Counted from the first letter of the stretch, positions 44,466 through 54,861 are shown. The stretch is 62,749 bases of DNA from Parcubacteria bacterium SG8_24 (GCA_001303185.1 LJNP01000001.1:1-62749); one strand, 5' to 3'. Made by a program: numbers and translations. The notes: generated by a model not told the origin, from the sequence alone.

Positions 44466-45503
44466 ATGAAGAATATTCAAAAGATCATGGTCGGAGGCGG
44501 TATCGCGGTGATCGTCATCATCGCGGCTTGGTTGATTTGGCCCGATGGTCGTTCCGGCGAGGGGGTGATGACCGTCACCTCAGACGACGGGCTGGCGGAA
44601 CTGAGCATACCGCCGGGGGCCTTACCCGCTGATGTGGCGATCGGGGACATCGGGGTCGTACCGGCGACCGAGGCGGACCTGCGAGCTGAGCTCGGACTTG
44701 AGGACCTCGCCGAAGGCGAAGAATCCACGCTGCTGGCCTACGACCTGCTCCCGGATGGGATCGAGTTCCGCGTTCCGGTCACCGTGACCATCACGCATGA
44801 GACCAACGAGGGCGGGGTGATCCCAGCGCTGTTCCACGTGGCCGACGGCGAATTCGAGCTCATCGCGGATACGGAGGTATCCATCGATGCCGAGACCGGA
44901 CGGACCAGCGTTTCGGGTGATATCTCGCATTTCAGCTATGTCGGTTCCGACATAGACACGCTCTATCAGGAAGGCGGAGGGATGTTCAATTACGAATTGA
45001 CGTCCGGCGGTCAGGGAGAGGTCGGCGACACCTTCCCGTATCATCTGACGATCACGCCGAACCAGAATTTCTCCTGGTTCAAGAGCGGCGGGGGCCCCGA
45101 TAAGTTATGGGGCTACAACTACAGGATGGCGCCGATGACCACCTGGAAGGTCCGCGGCTTCAACGTCATGACCAGACACGACGGGGTGATCGAGCCCATG
45201 ACCCTGTCGAGTAACGGCGGTGATTTCAAGGGGTCGGAGTCTTTCGTGCTCGAGGGAGAGCATACCTGCATAGAGGACGGGGAGAACTCGCTTTTCATTC
45301 CCCCGCCGGATTCCTATATCAAGATCGAGTATCGGATGGAAAAGGAATTCCGCAGGGGCAAGAGTTATCGTAACGCGACCACCAGGATCTATATCGAGGG
45401 CGGTCGCTTCGTCTGTGAAGAGCTGGAGGGGGGGTGGGTCCGGGTGCAGGTACCCCCCATGTGCATCGATGAGGCGACCGGTACGCAGGTGCCCTGTGAT
45501 TGA
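44466..45503 (+). CDS. N-terminally anchored extracytoplasmic hypothetical protein
   Basis: TM helix VGGGIAVIVIIAAWLIW followed by an acidic beta-rich ectodomain. Confidence 0.7.
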   Translation: MKNIQKIMVGGGIAVIVIIAAWLIWPDGRSGEGVMTVTSDDGLAELSIPPGALPADVAIGDIGVVPATEADLRAELGLEDLAEGEESTLLAYDLLPDGIEFRVPVTVTITHETNEGGVIPALFHVADGEFELIADTEVSIDAETGRTSVSGDISHFSYVGSDIDTLYQEGGGMFNYELTSGGQGEVGDTFPYHLTITPNQNFSWFKSGGGPDKLWGYNYRMAPMTTWKVRGFNVMTRHDGVIEPMTLSSNGGDFKGSESFVLEGEHTCIEDGENSLFIPPPDSYIKIEYRMEKEFRRGKSYRNATTRIYIEGGRFVCEELEGGWVRVQVPPMCIDEATGTQVPCD

Positions 45504-45558
45504 TCCGATACAGGCCGGATTAACGCCGATATTTTGAAATTAGTGACCGCGAATCATT

Positions 45559-45981
45559 ATGGATAAGCGATTTTTATCCGCTTCGATCATCATGACGGCT
45601 TTCGTCCTGTTGGGGGCGGGGTGCGTCGAAACCACGACGCCGGCGGCCCCCGGACCGGAGGAGGCGGCCGGGCCGGCCTCGTACGTCGGCACCTGGGTGC
45701 GACAGGCGACCTACACCGACGGCCAGCTGATGCATACCACGCCGGCCAGGCTGGAGCTGAGTGCCGATACCTATATCTCGTCAGCCTCCTGCGTCGCTTC
45801 GGGTACGGTCGCGGTCCAGGATAACGCCATCACCATGACGCTCGATTCCACCGACTGCCCGACCGGGGTCATTCCCGACGTCTATCACTCCACTTTCGAG
45901 ATATCGGAGGACGGCAACAGCATGACGCTGATCAATACGGAGTTCGGCGCCGAGGTGCGCGAAGACTATATCCGGCAGTGA
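45559..45981 (+). CDS. Small lipoprotein
   Basis: Lipobox FVLLGAGC. 140 aa. Confidence 0.7.
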   Translation: MDKRFLSASIIMTAFVLLGAGCVETTTPAAPGPEEAAGPASYVGTWVRQATYTDGQLMHTTPARLELSADTYISSASCVASGTVAVQDNAITMTLDSTDCPTGVIPDVYHSTFEISEDGNSMTLINTEFGAEVREDYIRQ

Positions 45982-46068
45982 TCGGCCAGAATCAAGTCGT
46001 GCTGAAGAATCCCGGACGTCCGTCCGGGATTTCTCGTGCAGGAGATCGTGGGTCTCGCCGTTCCTCGA

Positions 46069-49000
46069 TCAGGGTTGCTGTCCTTCGGGGTCGGTTTCGA
46101 CGGTGAGAAGGGTGTCGGGCGACGACAGGGAGGCGCGGCGCCTGTTTTTCCGGCCGGATATCCTGTCATCCATCGTCTGTCCGCCGATCGGAATGTAGAA
46201 ATCGAGATTGCTCTTGAGCATCCTGACCAGCCGGTAGCGCACCCGCTCCAGGGTCAGGGTGGCTCCGGGGAGCATCGATCGCACTTGGGCCTCGAAGCTC
46301 GGCACGGTCCCCCGGTAGTCGAGGAACAGCGGAAAGTTCATCCGATCGTAATACGGGGCGAAAGATACGTAAGTGGGTCGGACCGGACCGTCCGTCACAT
46401 CGGCCATGATCACATAGCGGGGCAGGTCGCGGGCCACCGGGATGCCGTTCCAGGGATTGTCGATGGCATAGTCGACGGCCAGCTCCAGTACGTAGCGTCC
46501 CTCCGGAAAAGTAGGCAGGGTGAAGGTCCGCCCGTCGGTGATGGGCAGCTCCCCGTGCCAGATGTCGTCGGGTCGCGTCCAGGGCGTCCGGCGCCGGGTC
46601 CAGATGGCCCCCTTACTGTCCTGTTCCCGGAACTCGTAGTTGGCCAGCAGGAGCCGGTACATGTCCCAGTGGGTGCTGGTCAGCCAGTACTCATAGGGGG
46701 TCTTGTTGTTGAGCGTCCGGATAACCGGGGGACGCGTCTCGTCGAACGCCGCGGCGTATGCGGCCCGGCGTTCCGGTCCGAGGGCGTGGATGATGTAATC
46801 ACTGGCCGGGTTGAAGATACCGAGCTCCGCTTCCGGGATGCTGGAGTAGGTCGACCAGATATCGGCGGCGCGCTGTCCGATCGGGCCCGTACCTGGCAGG
46901 GCCACATAACGGATAAGCGCCTCGCGGTGCTCGGCCCAGGCCTCGTCGAGCGTCACGCCCAGCGTAGTCATGCCCGAGGTGCGTTCGTCGGCCTTCCGGG
47001 CGATGGCGATGGCACGGTCGGTGTTTTCGTAGGCCGAGAGACAGAAGTGGAAGATCAGGTGCGCCGCCAGCACCGACAGGCCGAGTACTGCGACAACGGC
47101 GATCAGGCCGCGTTTCGACCGCAATGTCGTTTCCTCCAGGACCTCGCGACGCAGGTTCTCACGTACCCAGTCGATCGTCGGCTGGAGCAGCAGGGTGACG
47201 AAGACCAGAAGCAGTACCCAGGAGAGCGCGTGGAAGTATTCCTTCTTGATATAGCCCAGTATACTGACGGTGGAGAGCAGACCGTAGGTGAGCAGGAAAG
47301 TGACCGCAGCCTTGAGTCGCCGGTCGGTCCGTCGGCGCAGCAGGAAAGCGGCCAGGACGGCCAGCAGGACGCCTCCGAAGCCCCAGGCCCCATGGCGCTC
47401 CGTCACCACGCCGAGGATCGATTCATGGAAGCCGCCCGGCCAGGCGCCGAAATACCAGAACTGGTCCGGCCGGGCTTCGGTCAGGTGGAACCGCAGGGCT
47501 GTTATGGCGTGACCGAGGGTGGCCAGCTCGAGCATGATTGCGCCGCCGAGCAGGGCCAGAGCCGCGAACATGGAGCCGTTGCGGACAGCGTGTCGCCAGT
47601 TGCCTGACCAGAGGGTCAACATGATGAGCAGGGCGCCGACGGTCATGGCCCCCTGTTCGGGACTGATTGTGAAGGCCGTTGCGGCCAGCAGCGAGAGCGG
47701 CAGTATGCCGATCAGGGAACTCCGCAGATCCGGAGACCTCCAGCGCCTAGGCAACCCCTTCCGCCAGAGCAGCAGGCCGAATATCGCCACCGGCAAGGCG
47801 GCCCGGACGCCGAGTTGGTGGTGCGTGTCCATGAAGACGCTGGGGAAATGCGTCGTGGCCAGTCCGGCGGCGGCGGCAGTGAGGAAAGTCGACAGGCCCA
47901 GGCGGCGAGTCAGGGCCAGGAAGGCCACGAAGGTCACGCCGAGGAAGAGCGCCGGTTGGACGACCAGCTTGGCCGTCTCGGAGGCCAGGAGGTCGCCGCC
48001 GAGCAGGGAGAAGAAGGGGTAATGGATGAGCAGAGCCCCCGCGCCATAGAAGTACTGGAAGTCCCGTCCGACCAGCTGTCCGGCGGCCAGCCGGCGGAGC
48101 GGATCGAACATCTGGAAACAGCCGTTGAGCGGCAGGCAGTCGAAGGCCGTGGCGGCGACGTATATTCGGCTGCCCACGACCGCCGCGAAGGAGAGTAGCG
48201 ACAGCAGTCCCAGGGGTCCGAGCAGCCAGCCGCCGTACCGACGGGCCCGAGCCGACCATTTGGAGAGTTGTCGGCTGGATCTCTTCCGTAGGCCGGCCTC
48301 TCCGGCAGGTCCGTCGGGCGGCGGATCATAATGGTGGTGACCGGCCCTCCAAAGCAGCCTCAGTAGGCCGAATTTCGCGCTGAACGAACCGATTTTCGTG
48401 GGTGTCCGACCCATTGCGGGATAGACCCGGGATACGGGAATCTCGCAGGTACGGAAGCCGAGCTCCGGGGCGCGTATGGCGAGATAATAGTGCAATTCGT
48501 AGGTGGTGAAGACATCACGGAACGGGTCGACCCGAGGGTCGGTGATGAGGCGCCGGCTATAGGCGCGGAACCCGTTGGTCGTGTCGGTATAGCGGAAGCC
48601 GGAGAATGACCGCATGAGCGGCGCGTGCAGCAGACGGACGGCCAGCAGCCGGGAGAGAGGGGTGTTCTCGTGGTGGCCGTCCTTAATGAAACGGGAGCCC
48701 TGGATATGGTCCCAGCCGCCCTCGAGTCTCCGGACGAATTCGGGCAGGGCAGCCGGATCGTCCTTGTCGTTACCGTCCATGACGATCATTCCGTCATATC
48801 CCTCATCGACGGCGTAGGCCAGGGCCATCCGCATCTGCGCCGACAGCCGGCCGGGACCGGTCTTGGTGAGCAGCGTGCGGATACCGGATTGCTGCAAGGT
48901 CTCGGGCGCGAGAGAGCCGTCATCGCTTCCCCCGTCGGCGATGATGATGTCGACCAGGTCCGCGTAGGGCCGCATCTTCCTGAGCTGTCGGGCGATCCGC

Positions 49001-49122
49001 TCGCCCTCATTGATGACGAACACGCACCAACACCAGCGGCTGCTTTTGCCGCTGAATTCTTTCACCTCGTATTCGGGAACCTGTCGCCCGCCCACGCCTT
49101 CAGCCATAGGTCCTTTCATCAT
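46069..49122 (-). CDS. Fusion protein: N-terminal GT2 glycosyltransferase plus a ~750-aa polytopic membrane domain
   Basis: The N-terminus (VFVINEGERIARQL...IIIADGGSDDGS...VMDGNDKDDP) is GT-A/GT2-like. It is followed by more than 12 hydrophobic helices and a C-terminal soluble region. It is the last gene of the operon. Confidence 0.8.
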   Translation of the reverse strand: MMKGPMAEGVGGRQVPEYEVKEFSGKSSRWCWCVFVINEGERIARQLRKMRPYADLVDIIIADGGSDDGSLAPETLQQSGIRTLLTKTGPGRLSAQMRMALAYAVDEGYDGMIVMDGNDKDDPAALPEFVRRLEGGWDHIQGSRFIKDGHHENTPLSRLLAVRLLHAPLMRSFSGFRYTDTTNGFRAYSRRLITDPRVDPFRDVFTTYELHYYLAIRAPELGFRTCEIPVSRVYPAMGRTPTKIGSFSAKFGLLRLLWRAGHHHYDPPPDGPAGEAGLRKRSSRQLSKWSARARRYGGWLLGPLGLLSLLSFAAVVGSRIYVAATAFDCLPLNGCFQMFDPLRRLAAGQLVGRDFQYFYGAGALLIHYPFFSLLGGDLLASETAKLVVQPALFLGVTFVAFLALTRRLGLSTFLTAAAAGLATTHFPSVFMDTHHQLGVRAALPVAIFGLLLWRKGLPRRWRSPDLRSSLIGILPLSLLAATAFTISPEQGAMTVGALLIMLTLWSGNWRHAVRNGSMFAALALLGGAIMLELATLGHAITALRFHLTEARPDQFWYFGAWPGGFHESILGVVTERHGAWGFGGVLLAVLAAFLLRRRTDRRLKAAVTFLLTYGLLSTVSILGYIKKEYFHALSWVLLLVFVTLLLQPTIDWVRENLRREVLEETTLRSKRGLIAVVAVLGLSVLAAHLIFHFCLSAYENTDRAIAIARKADERTSGMTTLGVTLDEAWAEHREALIRYVALPGTGPIGQRAADIWSTYSSIPEAELGIFNPASDYIIHALGPERRAAYAAAFDETRPPVIRTLNNKTPYEYWLTSTHWDMYRLLLANYEFREQDSKGAIWTRRRTPWTRPDDIWHGELPITDGRTFTLPTFPEGRYVLELAVDYAIDNPWNGIPVARDLPRYVIMADVTDGPVRPTYVSFAPYYDRMNFPLFLDYRGTVPSFEAQVRSMLPGATLTLERVRYRLVRMLKSNLDFYIPIGGQTMDDRISGRKNRRRASLSSPDTLLTVETDPEGQQP

Positions 49123-50131
49123 CAGCGCGTTCGCTCCGGTCGATCACGTTCAGCTTCTGTTCGTCGGCCAGCAGCGTCGAGCTGGTCAGGTCTTCGATGA
49201 CCGTATCCGTGTCATGGGGCACGACCTGGTTCATCAGCTTACCCAGGTACTCCGCGAATACCGTCAGGATGACGAAGACCAGGAAGAACATCACCGCCGA
49301 CTGCATCGAGCTGGTGGTCCAGCCGGGCTGGACGTCATCCTTCAGCAGATAGACGGCGACGATATAGGTCATCGACAGCAGGTTGATCGCTCCGGCGATC
49401 AGTCCGAGATAGGTTACCGCCCTCAGGGGATGGGTGGAGTTGGATACCGCGATGTCAGTGGCCGTCTCCAGTTTGCGCCAGAACCCGTCCGGCGAAGTGG
49501 CCTTGCCGGAGGCGCCGGGACGCGGCGCCTGTACGTGCTCGATCTCACGATGGTCCAGTCCGGTGTATTTGGTGAAAAGGCGCAGATAGCTGCCCTTGCC
49601 TTTGACGCGCACCAGGGAATTGATCGCCTGCCGGCTCAGGACAGCCATACCGGAAAGTCGGGTCGGCAGCGTGAAACCCAAGAACCTACGGCAGTACCAG
49701 CGGAAGGCCCGCCCGCCCCATCGCGAGGCCAGTGATTCCCGGCTATCGGGTCCGCGGACACCCAACACGACGCCGTTGCCACGGGCCGCCTCGGCGACCA
49801 TCGCCGGGATACGGTCGACCGGATCCAGTGACGCGGACATGATGACCGCATAGTCACCGATCACCGATTCCAGTCCGGTCATGACCGCCGCTTCACGGCC
49901 GGCCCGCCGGGCCAGACGCAGGTAACGGAGACATTTGTATGTGGCCAGGAGCCCCCCGATCTCGTCGCGGGTCCGGTCACGGCTCCCGTCGTCGACCAGC
50001 AGCAGCTCGTAGTTGGCATAGGACGAGTCCAGGACCGCTGACGCCTCGTCGACGAACCCTTTGATGGCGCCGGCCTCGTCCTGCAGCGGCGCGACGACCG
50101 ACACGAACAGTTCGGCTTTCTTGACGCTCAT
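49100..50131 (-). CDS. GT2 polyprenyl-phosphate glycosyltransferase (GtrB/ArnC/DPM1-like)
   Basis: VSVVAPLQDEAGAI...YELLLVDDGSRDRT plus two C-terminal TM helices, the GtrB/ArnC architecture. Confidence 0.8.
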   Translation of the reverse strand: MSVKKAELFVSVVAPLQDEAGAIKGFVDEASAVLDSSYANYELLLVDDGSRDRTRDEIGGLLATYKCLRYLRLARRAGREAAVMTGLESVIGDYAVIMSASLDPVDRIPAMVAEAARGNGVVLGVRGPDSRESLASRWGGRAFRWYCRRFLGFTLPTRLSGMAVLSRQAINSLVRVKGKGSYLRLFTKYTGLDHREIEHVQAPRPGASGKATSPDGFWRKLETATDIAVSNSTHPLRAVTYLGLIAGAINLLSMTYIVAVYLLKDDVQPGWTTSSMQSAVMFFLVFVILTVFAEYLGKLMNQVVPHDTDTVIEDLTSSTLLADEQKLNVIDRSERADDERTYG

Positions 50132-51264
50132 ATGACTTTGTCCCTTTCGCGCTCCTTATCGATCTCCTCGAGCGCGTCGTAAACGTTGTCCAGCTTGCCG
50201 CCCATGACGCAGGTCAGGCCCTTGAGTCCGTGGTCCGACCGGAAGAGGATCGGTCGGCCATCGTCGTTCTCGTTCATCGGCAGCACCGTCTTCACTTCCC
50301 AGAGCGAACCCCGGTAGGTCAGGCTGGCCAGTTCCGGCAGGTAGCGTTCCGCGTCCTTCTTCATGTGCATGAACGACGTGTGCAGGTCCAGGCGGGACAT
50401 GCGGCTGTGCGCGTCGATGCCGTCACCGTCCGTCCAGGCGCAGTGCGGCGTGTGCCGCACGTGGCTCAGGGTATGCAGGTTCTCGGCCGGGAAGGGCATG
50501 CAGGAGAAGAACGGTCCGCACATCACGGTCACTCCGAGATTACGCATCGACTCCGGCACCCCCACCAGGGCCAGTTCCGTCGCTTCATGCTTCATGGGTA
50601 TCTCCGGCAGTCCGGAGGCCCGGAGTAACCCGTTGATCATCGAATAGGTACAGACGATCACTTGAGGGGCGGAAATCCGTTCCGATACGCCCGGACCGGT
50701 GATCCGCACGGATATCCCCCCGCCGTCCTTTTCCAGGCACTTCACTTCGGTCGAGGTCCGTACCTCGACGCCGGTGTCCTGCAGGCGCCGCCACATCAGT
50801 CCGCGGAGCTTGGCCGCATCCAAAGCGTATTCCTGGCAGAGGAAGACCTCCTCGATATAGGTGGGATCGAAGCGGTCGCGTATCCGGGCCGGGGCCGGCT
50901 CGATCGGCGCGCCGATCCGCACGCAGAAATCCCTGAACTGGACGCTGGTGACCTTGCTGTGCGTCTTGGCGATGGCGTAGACCTTCTCGAAGGAGTCGTC
51001 CACGCACTCGTGGAACTCCTCGACGAACCTGGGGAAATTGACGCGCGACCTGAAGGCGGTGACGATGTTGCGTGGATAATGATAGCCGTTATGGATGCGG
51101 GCCTGGTTGCGGTAGCTGGCGCGGGTCAACAGTTCGGCCTCCTTCTCCAGGACCACGACTCGCTTCCGGCCGCGCTCCCGGAGCCGCGCGGCGATCACGG
51201 CACCGAAGAAGCCGCCGCCGACGATGATGGTATCGTAGGTTCGGTCAGAGGTCATAAGCTTCAC
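50128..51264 (-). CDS. FAD-dependent oxidoreductase (DAO-type)
   Basis: N-terminal dinucleotide motif YDTIIVGGGFFGAVIAARL..G..V.VLE. Confidence 0.8.
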   Translation of the reverse strand: MKLMTSDRTYDTIIVGGGFFGAVIAARLRERGRKRVVVLEKEAELLTRASYRNQARIHNGYHYPRNIVTAFRSRVNFPRFVEEFHECVDDSFEKVYAIAKTHSKVTSVQFRDFCVRIGAPIEPAPARIRDRFDPTYIEEVFLCQEYALDAAKLRGLMWRRLQDTGVEVRTSTEVKCLEKDGGGISVRITGPGVSERISAPQVIVCTYSMINGLLRASGLPEIPMKHEATELALVGVPESMRNLGVTVMCGPFFSCMPFPAENLHTLSHVRHTPHCAWTDGDGIDAHSRMSRLDLHTSFMHMKKDAERYLPELASLTYRGSLWEVKTVLPMNENDDGRPILFRSDHGLKGLTCVMGGKLDNVYDALEEIDKERERDKVI

Positions 51265-52051
51265 GCACGAAATTCACCGCCGTCGTCACGCCGGCCATCG
51301 GATCTTCCGGTTGGCGCATCTCGATCGAGACCCAACCTTCATAACCGGCCTTCCGGAGCGCCGCCGCCGCCTTCCGGTGGTCCATCCCTGGCGCGGTAAA
51401 GTCACCGAGCTGCGGTTCGCTGGCATGGAAATGTGCCAGGATATCCGCGTTGGCCGTAATCGCCTCCCCGATGTCGTCACCGGCCAGTGTCATGCAGGTG
51501 ATATCCAGGTGCAGGCGGCATCCGGGGGAATCTACGGCCCGCACCAGTTCGGCCGCCTCAGCGGCATTTGAAGCGAAATCGCAAGAATAGGCAGGAGGAT
51601 TCGGTTCAAGACAGAATATCGTATCACGGCTCGCGGCATAGCGGCTGATATCCCGGAAAGCTTCGGTGGCGATACGGAGGCATTCCTCTTCCGGTCGGCC
51701 GCCGGTGGCGCGGGATTTGGGCGCCCCGTAGACGATCCGCCGCGCGCCGCACCAGGAGGCCAGGTCAAGCGCCCGCTTGGTGTAGGCGATGAAGTCATCA
51801 CGGGCGTCATCGACGAACAGCTGGAGTTCGGGACGGCCGAACAGATAGGCCTGGAAAGCGACGATCTCCAGACCTGCCGACCGGACCTTCTCCCGGTAGT
51901 CGCGGGCTTGCTCTTCGGTACCGGTCCGGAGGTCGCCGAACAGCTTGGCTGGCGCCAACTCCAGGCCGGTCACGCCGAGCTCGGCGAGCCGGCCGAGCAT
52001 CCGGTCGTCGTCGGCGAAATCCCAGGCCAGGTTGGAGACGGCGAGGTTCAT
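51245..52051 (-). CDS. Sugar phosphate isomerase/epimerase (xylose isomerase-like TIM barrel)
   Basis: 268 aa with the alternating beta-alpha pattern, conserved His/Glu/Asp positions (LEPNP, HLDITCM, HFHASE, WVSIEM) typical of the AP_endonuc_2 family. Confidence 0.6.
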   Translation of the reverse strand: MNLAVSNLAWDFADDDRMLGRLAELGVTGLELAPAKLFGDLRTGTEEQARDYREKVRSAGLEIVAFQAYLFGRPELQLFVDDARDDFIAYTKRALDLASWCGARRIVYGAPKSRATGGRPEEECLRIATEAFRDISRYAASRDTIFCLEPNPPAYSCDFASNAAEAAELVRAVDSPGCRLHLDITCMTLAGDDIGEAITANADILAHFHASEPQLGDFTAPGMDHRKAAAALRKAGYEGWVSIEMRQPEDPMAGVTTAVNFVREAYDL

Positions 52052-52824
52052 GTGTCTTTCCGGGCAGCGTCGACATAACGACGCAGCGCCTTCATCACCC
52101 CGGTCTTATCCATCAGGTAGCCGCCGCGGCCGCCGAACAGTCCGGCATGTCTGGTCCGGAAGTCATAGCCCGGCGGTTCGGCCGACGGTTCGGCTACGCT
52201 CGAGAGCTTGTCCGGAAAGAGCTCCTCGATGATCTCTCGGGTGGTCACGGGTTCCGTGGCCAGGTTCACGGTTCGCAGGTCAGCGGCCATGATCTTTCCG
52301 ATGTCGTCCCACAGGCGGTCGAGCGGGTACCACTGGAAGGACGCTGCCGGATCTATCTTCTCCAGACCGTTGTCGTTCAGCAGATCGTAGATGACGTTCT
52401 TCTTTAGCCCCGGTCCGAACAGCCCGGGCAGACGCAGGATATGGTGCTGCGGATAGCGCCGCCGGACGAATTCCTCCACGGCGTAGCGGTGCTTACCGTA
52501 GGCATGATTGATCTCCGGATCGATGGACGTATCCTCATCGACTTCCACGGGGAAGGGGTAGACGTCGACCGTGGAAATCAGGACGAAGCGTCCGGCTTCA
52601 GCCTCACCCAGCGGATCGAGCAGCGCTTCGACACCTTTCCAATCGGTTTCCGGATCCCGGTTGGCTTTCCATTTGACCGCCGACACTCCGGCGCAGACGA
52701 TGAGGTCGAAACTCTCGCCCCGGATACTCCCTATGTTCCGCGAGTTGAAGCGGTCGGTGAACTTATTCTGACTGTCCAGATTCGAGCCGACGAAGCCGGT
52801 ATGGCCGATAAGCGCGGTACGCAT
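52048..52824 (-). CDS. NAD-dependent epimerase/dehydratase-family protein
   Basis: Internal start MRTALIGHTGFVGSNL (Rossmann GxxGxxG). It is the first gene of the five-gene operon. Confidence 0.7.
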   Translation of the reverse strand: MRTALIGHTGFVGSNLDSQNKFTDRFNSRNIGSIRGESFDLIVCAGVSAVKWKANRDPETDWKGVEALLDPLGEAEAGRFVLISTVDVYPFPVEVDEDTSIDPEINHAYGKHRYAVEEFVRRRYPQHHILRLPGLFGPGLKKNVIYDLLNDNGLEKIDPAASFQWYPLDRLWDDIGKIMAADLRTVNLATEPVTTREIIEELFPDKLSSVAEPSAEPPGYDFRTRHAGLFGGRGGYLMDKTGVMKALRRYVDAARKDT

Positions 52825-53063
52825 GACAACAAAAGTCAGGGCGGCCCAATCGCCGCAATATAATAAGGAGTATAGCAACCGGCGCATTTAAGGGAAATAC
52901 AGCCTTGAGCGACCCGGTCGCCGGGTATCCGGGGCATTTTTCATGGATTGAGATGGACACCGGATGTGATCTGTGTCTAGATACAGCGACGGACTGCGGT
53001 CCGCGTTCATTCCATGAGCCCTGCGGGGCGAACAGACCGGCTGAGGCCGGAAGGAGGTACGAG

Positions 53064-54191
53064 ATGAGGTACCGAATCGGTGATCCCTACACGCCGCTGA
53101 TCGAGGAGCTGGAACGGGCCAGACAGTGGGCCATGGTTCAGCTGTTGGAGAATCAGGGTGCCGGCGAGAGGCTGGACGCGGTCCGCCGGCTCTTTCTGAC
53201 GGCAACCGAGCGGCGTGATGACGAACAGGCCGAAACCTGCTTCCGCTGGCTGTTGAAGGCGGTCGACGACTTTCACCTGGGCGATTTCCTGGGAGAGACG
53301 ATGCGGGGGAAGGTGCTGGATCGGACCGACGGGCTGGATGAGGCCCGCGAACAGCTGGTCCGGTGCCGGGCCGCCGAGGCGGTCGACCTGTGGTCGAAGC
53401 TGCCGTCCAAGGGCGTCGGCAAGTGTCGGGTTCAGGTGGCCGAGGATGAGAGCTATCTGGAAGACTGCGACGCGCCGACCCTACTCAAGACCAAGAAGGC
53501 GGTCCTCGAGGAGGTGGCCCGCCGGTGGCGCGACACCAAGGACGAGGACGAGGCCGACCGTTTGTTCGGATTCATCGTCCAGATCGACAGCCGGTTCGAG
53601 GAGGAGCGCAAGCTGGTCGAGACCGTGGTCCGGGAGGCTACCGGCCCCGGGTTCCCGACGGGCCGGGCGGTCCGCTGCTACCTGTCGCTCGCCGACCGGA
53701 TGGAGCGTTTCGGCTGCCGGCTGATCGACCGCATCGCCAGGACCTTGGCCATCAGTTGGGCCCGGAACAGCGATTCCAACGACCTGCTTCAGGTCTTCGG
53801 TGCGGTCCGGCCTCTACTCAAGGAGAAGAAGGATCCGACCTATCCGGAATTCGCCTGCCTGCGGGAGACAGCCGACCGTCTGGCCGATCTGGAAGCCAAG
53901 GTCGAAGTCCTGCGGGCAGCTCTTTACCCGCCCGACTCCTTCTGGAAGAAGTGGCACGTCCTCTTCCGGTTCCCGGCCGTAGACAGGGTCGAAGTCGTCG
54001 AGACGCTTCAATCGGGTCACGGCACCCGGGACGAGAACGGTCTCCATGACCGGTTCGGCATCCTGCGCGACCTGGTCCAGGAGTGGCACGACCGGTACCC
54101 GGAGATCGAGGTCCTGGTGCGACTCGAGGTACCGCATTCGTTCAAGGAGGGTGAATTCACCTTCGAGCGTGAGCAGCGACTGGATCGCTAG
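53064..54191 (+). CDS. Hypothetical helical protein (375 aa)
   Basis: The start is chosen at MRYRIGDPY because GGAAGGAGG lies 6 nt upstream. No motif was recognised. Confidence 0.65.
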   Translation: MRYRIGDPYTPLIEELERARQWAMVQLLENQGAGERLDAVRRLFLTATERRDDEQAETCFRWLLKAVDDFHLGDFLGETMRGKVLDRTDGLDEAREQLVRCRAAEAVDLWSKLPSKGVGKCRVQVAEDESYLEDCDAPTLLKTKKAVLEEVARRWRDTKDEDEADRLFGFIVQIDSRFEEERKLVETVVREATGPGFPTGRAVRCYLSLADRMERFGCRLIDRIARTLAISWARNSDSNDLLQVFGAVRPLLKEKKDPTYPEFACLRETADRLADLEAKVEVLRAALYPPDSFWKKWHVLFRFPAVDRVEVVETLQSGHGTRDENGLHDRFGILRDLVQEWHDRYPEIEVLVRLEVPHSFKEGEFTFEREQRLDR

Positions 54192-54306
54192 ACGATCGAT
54201 ATCCGATACTTCATCTGAGCGCCGACCCGGGTCGGCGCCTTTTTTGTCCAATCGTCGGAACCGGATGTTTCTGGTATCCTGTATGTGGACAATATCGTCG
54301 AAGGAT

Positions 54307-54861
54307 ATGAACCGGAACCCCATTCTCAAGAACGGCAAACGGAGCAAGGCAAGCGGCATCTACAAATGCAGCAGGTGCGGCAATCTGCACGCGCTCATCG
54401 AAGGAGAGGTGGCATCGGAATGCGAGATCTGCCGTGAGAAGGGGCGTGAGCAGCACTGGCTGGTCACCAAGAGGGAGCTGCTCATCGTCACCAGGAACGT
54501 CCGTCAGGAGGTGGACCGGCGGAAGTCCAGGACGGACCGGATATCGGACACCATCACCGATTTCTGCGGCAACATCTATTTCGTGTACGTTCACGCGGTC
54601 TGGTTCACGGCCTGGTTAGTCTACAACAGCGTCGTCGACGAACCGTTCGATCCCTATCCTTTCGGCATGCTGACCCTGGTGGTCTCTTTAGAAGCGATAA
54701 TCCTGGCCACGTTCATCCTGATGTCGCAGAACCGCCAGGGTGAGATATCGGAACTGCGTTCCGAGCTGGATTATCAGACCGACCTGAAGGCCGAGAAGAA
54801 CACGGCGGAGATATTGGCGCTACTCAAGAAGATCTATCAGAAGAGCCGGGAAGACCGCTGA
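54307..54861 (+). CDS. Zinc-ribbon plus DUF1003-like membrane protein
   Basis: N-terminal CSRCGN...CEIC. The C-terminal FDPYPFGMLTLVVSLEAIILATFILMSQNRQ matches my recollection of the DUF1003 signature. Confidence 0.75.
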   Translation: MNRNPILKNGKRSKASGIYKCSRCGNLHALIEGEVASECEICREKGREQHWLVTKRELLIVTRNVRQEVDRRKSRTDRISDTITDFCGNIYFVYVHAVWFTAWLVYNSVVDEPFDPYPFGMLTLVVSLEAIILATFILMSQNRQGEISELRSELDYQTDLKAEKNTAEILALLKKIYQKSREDR

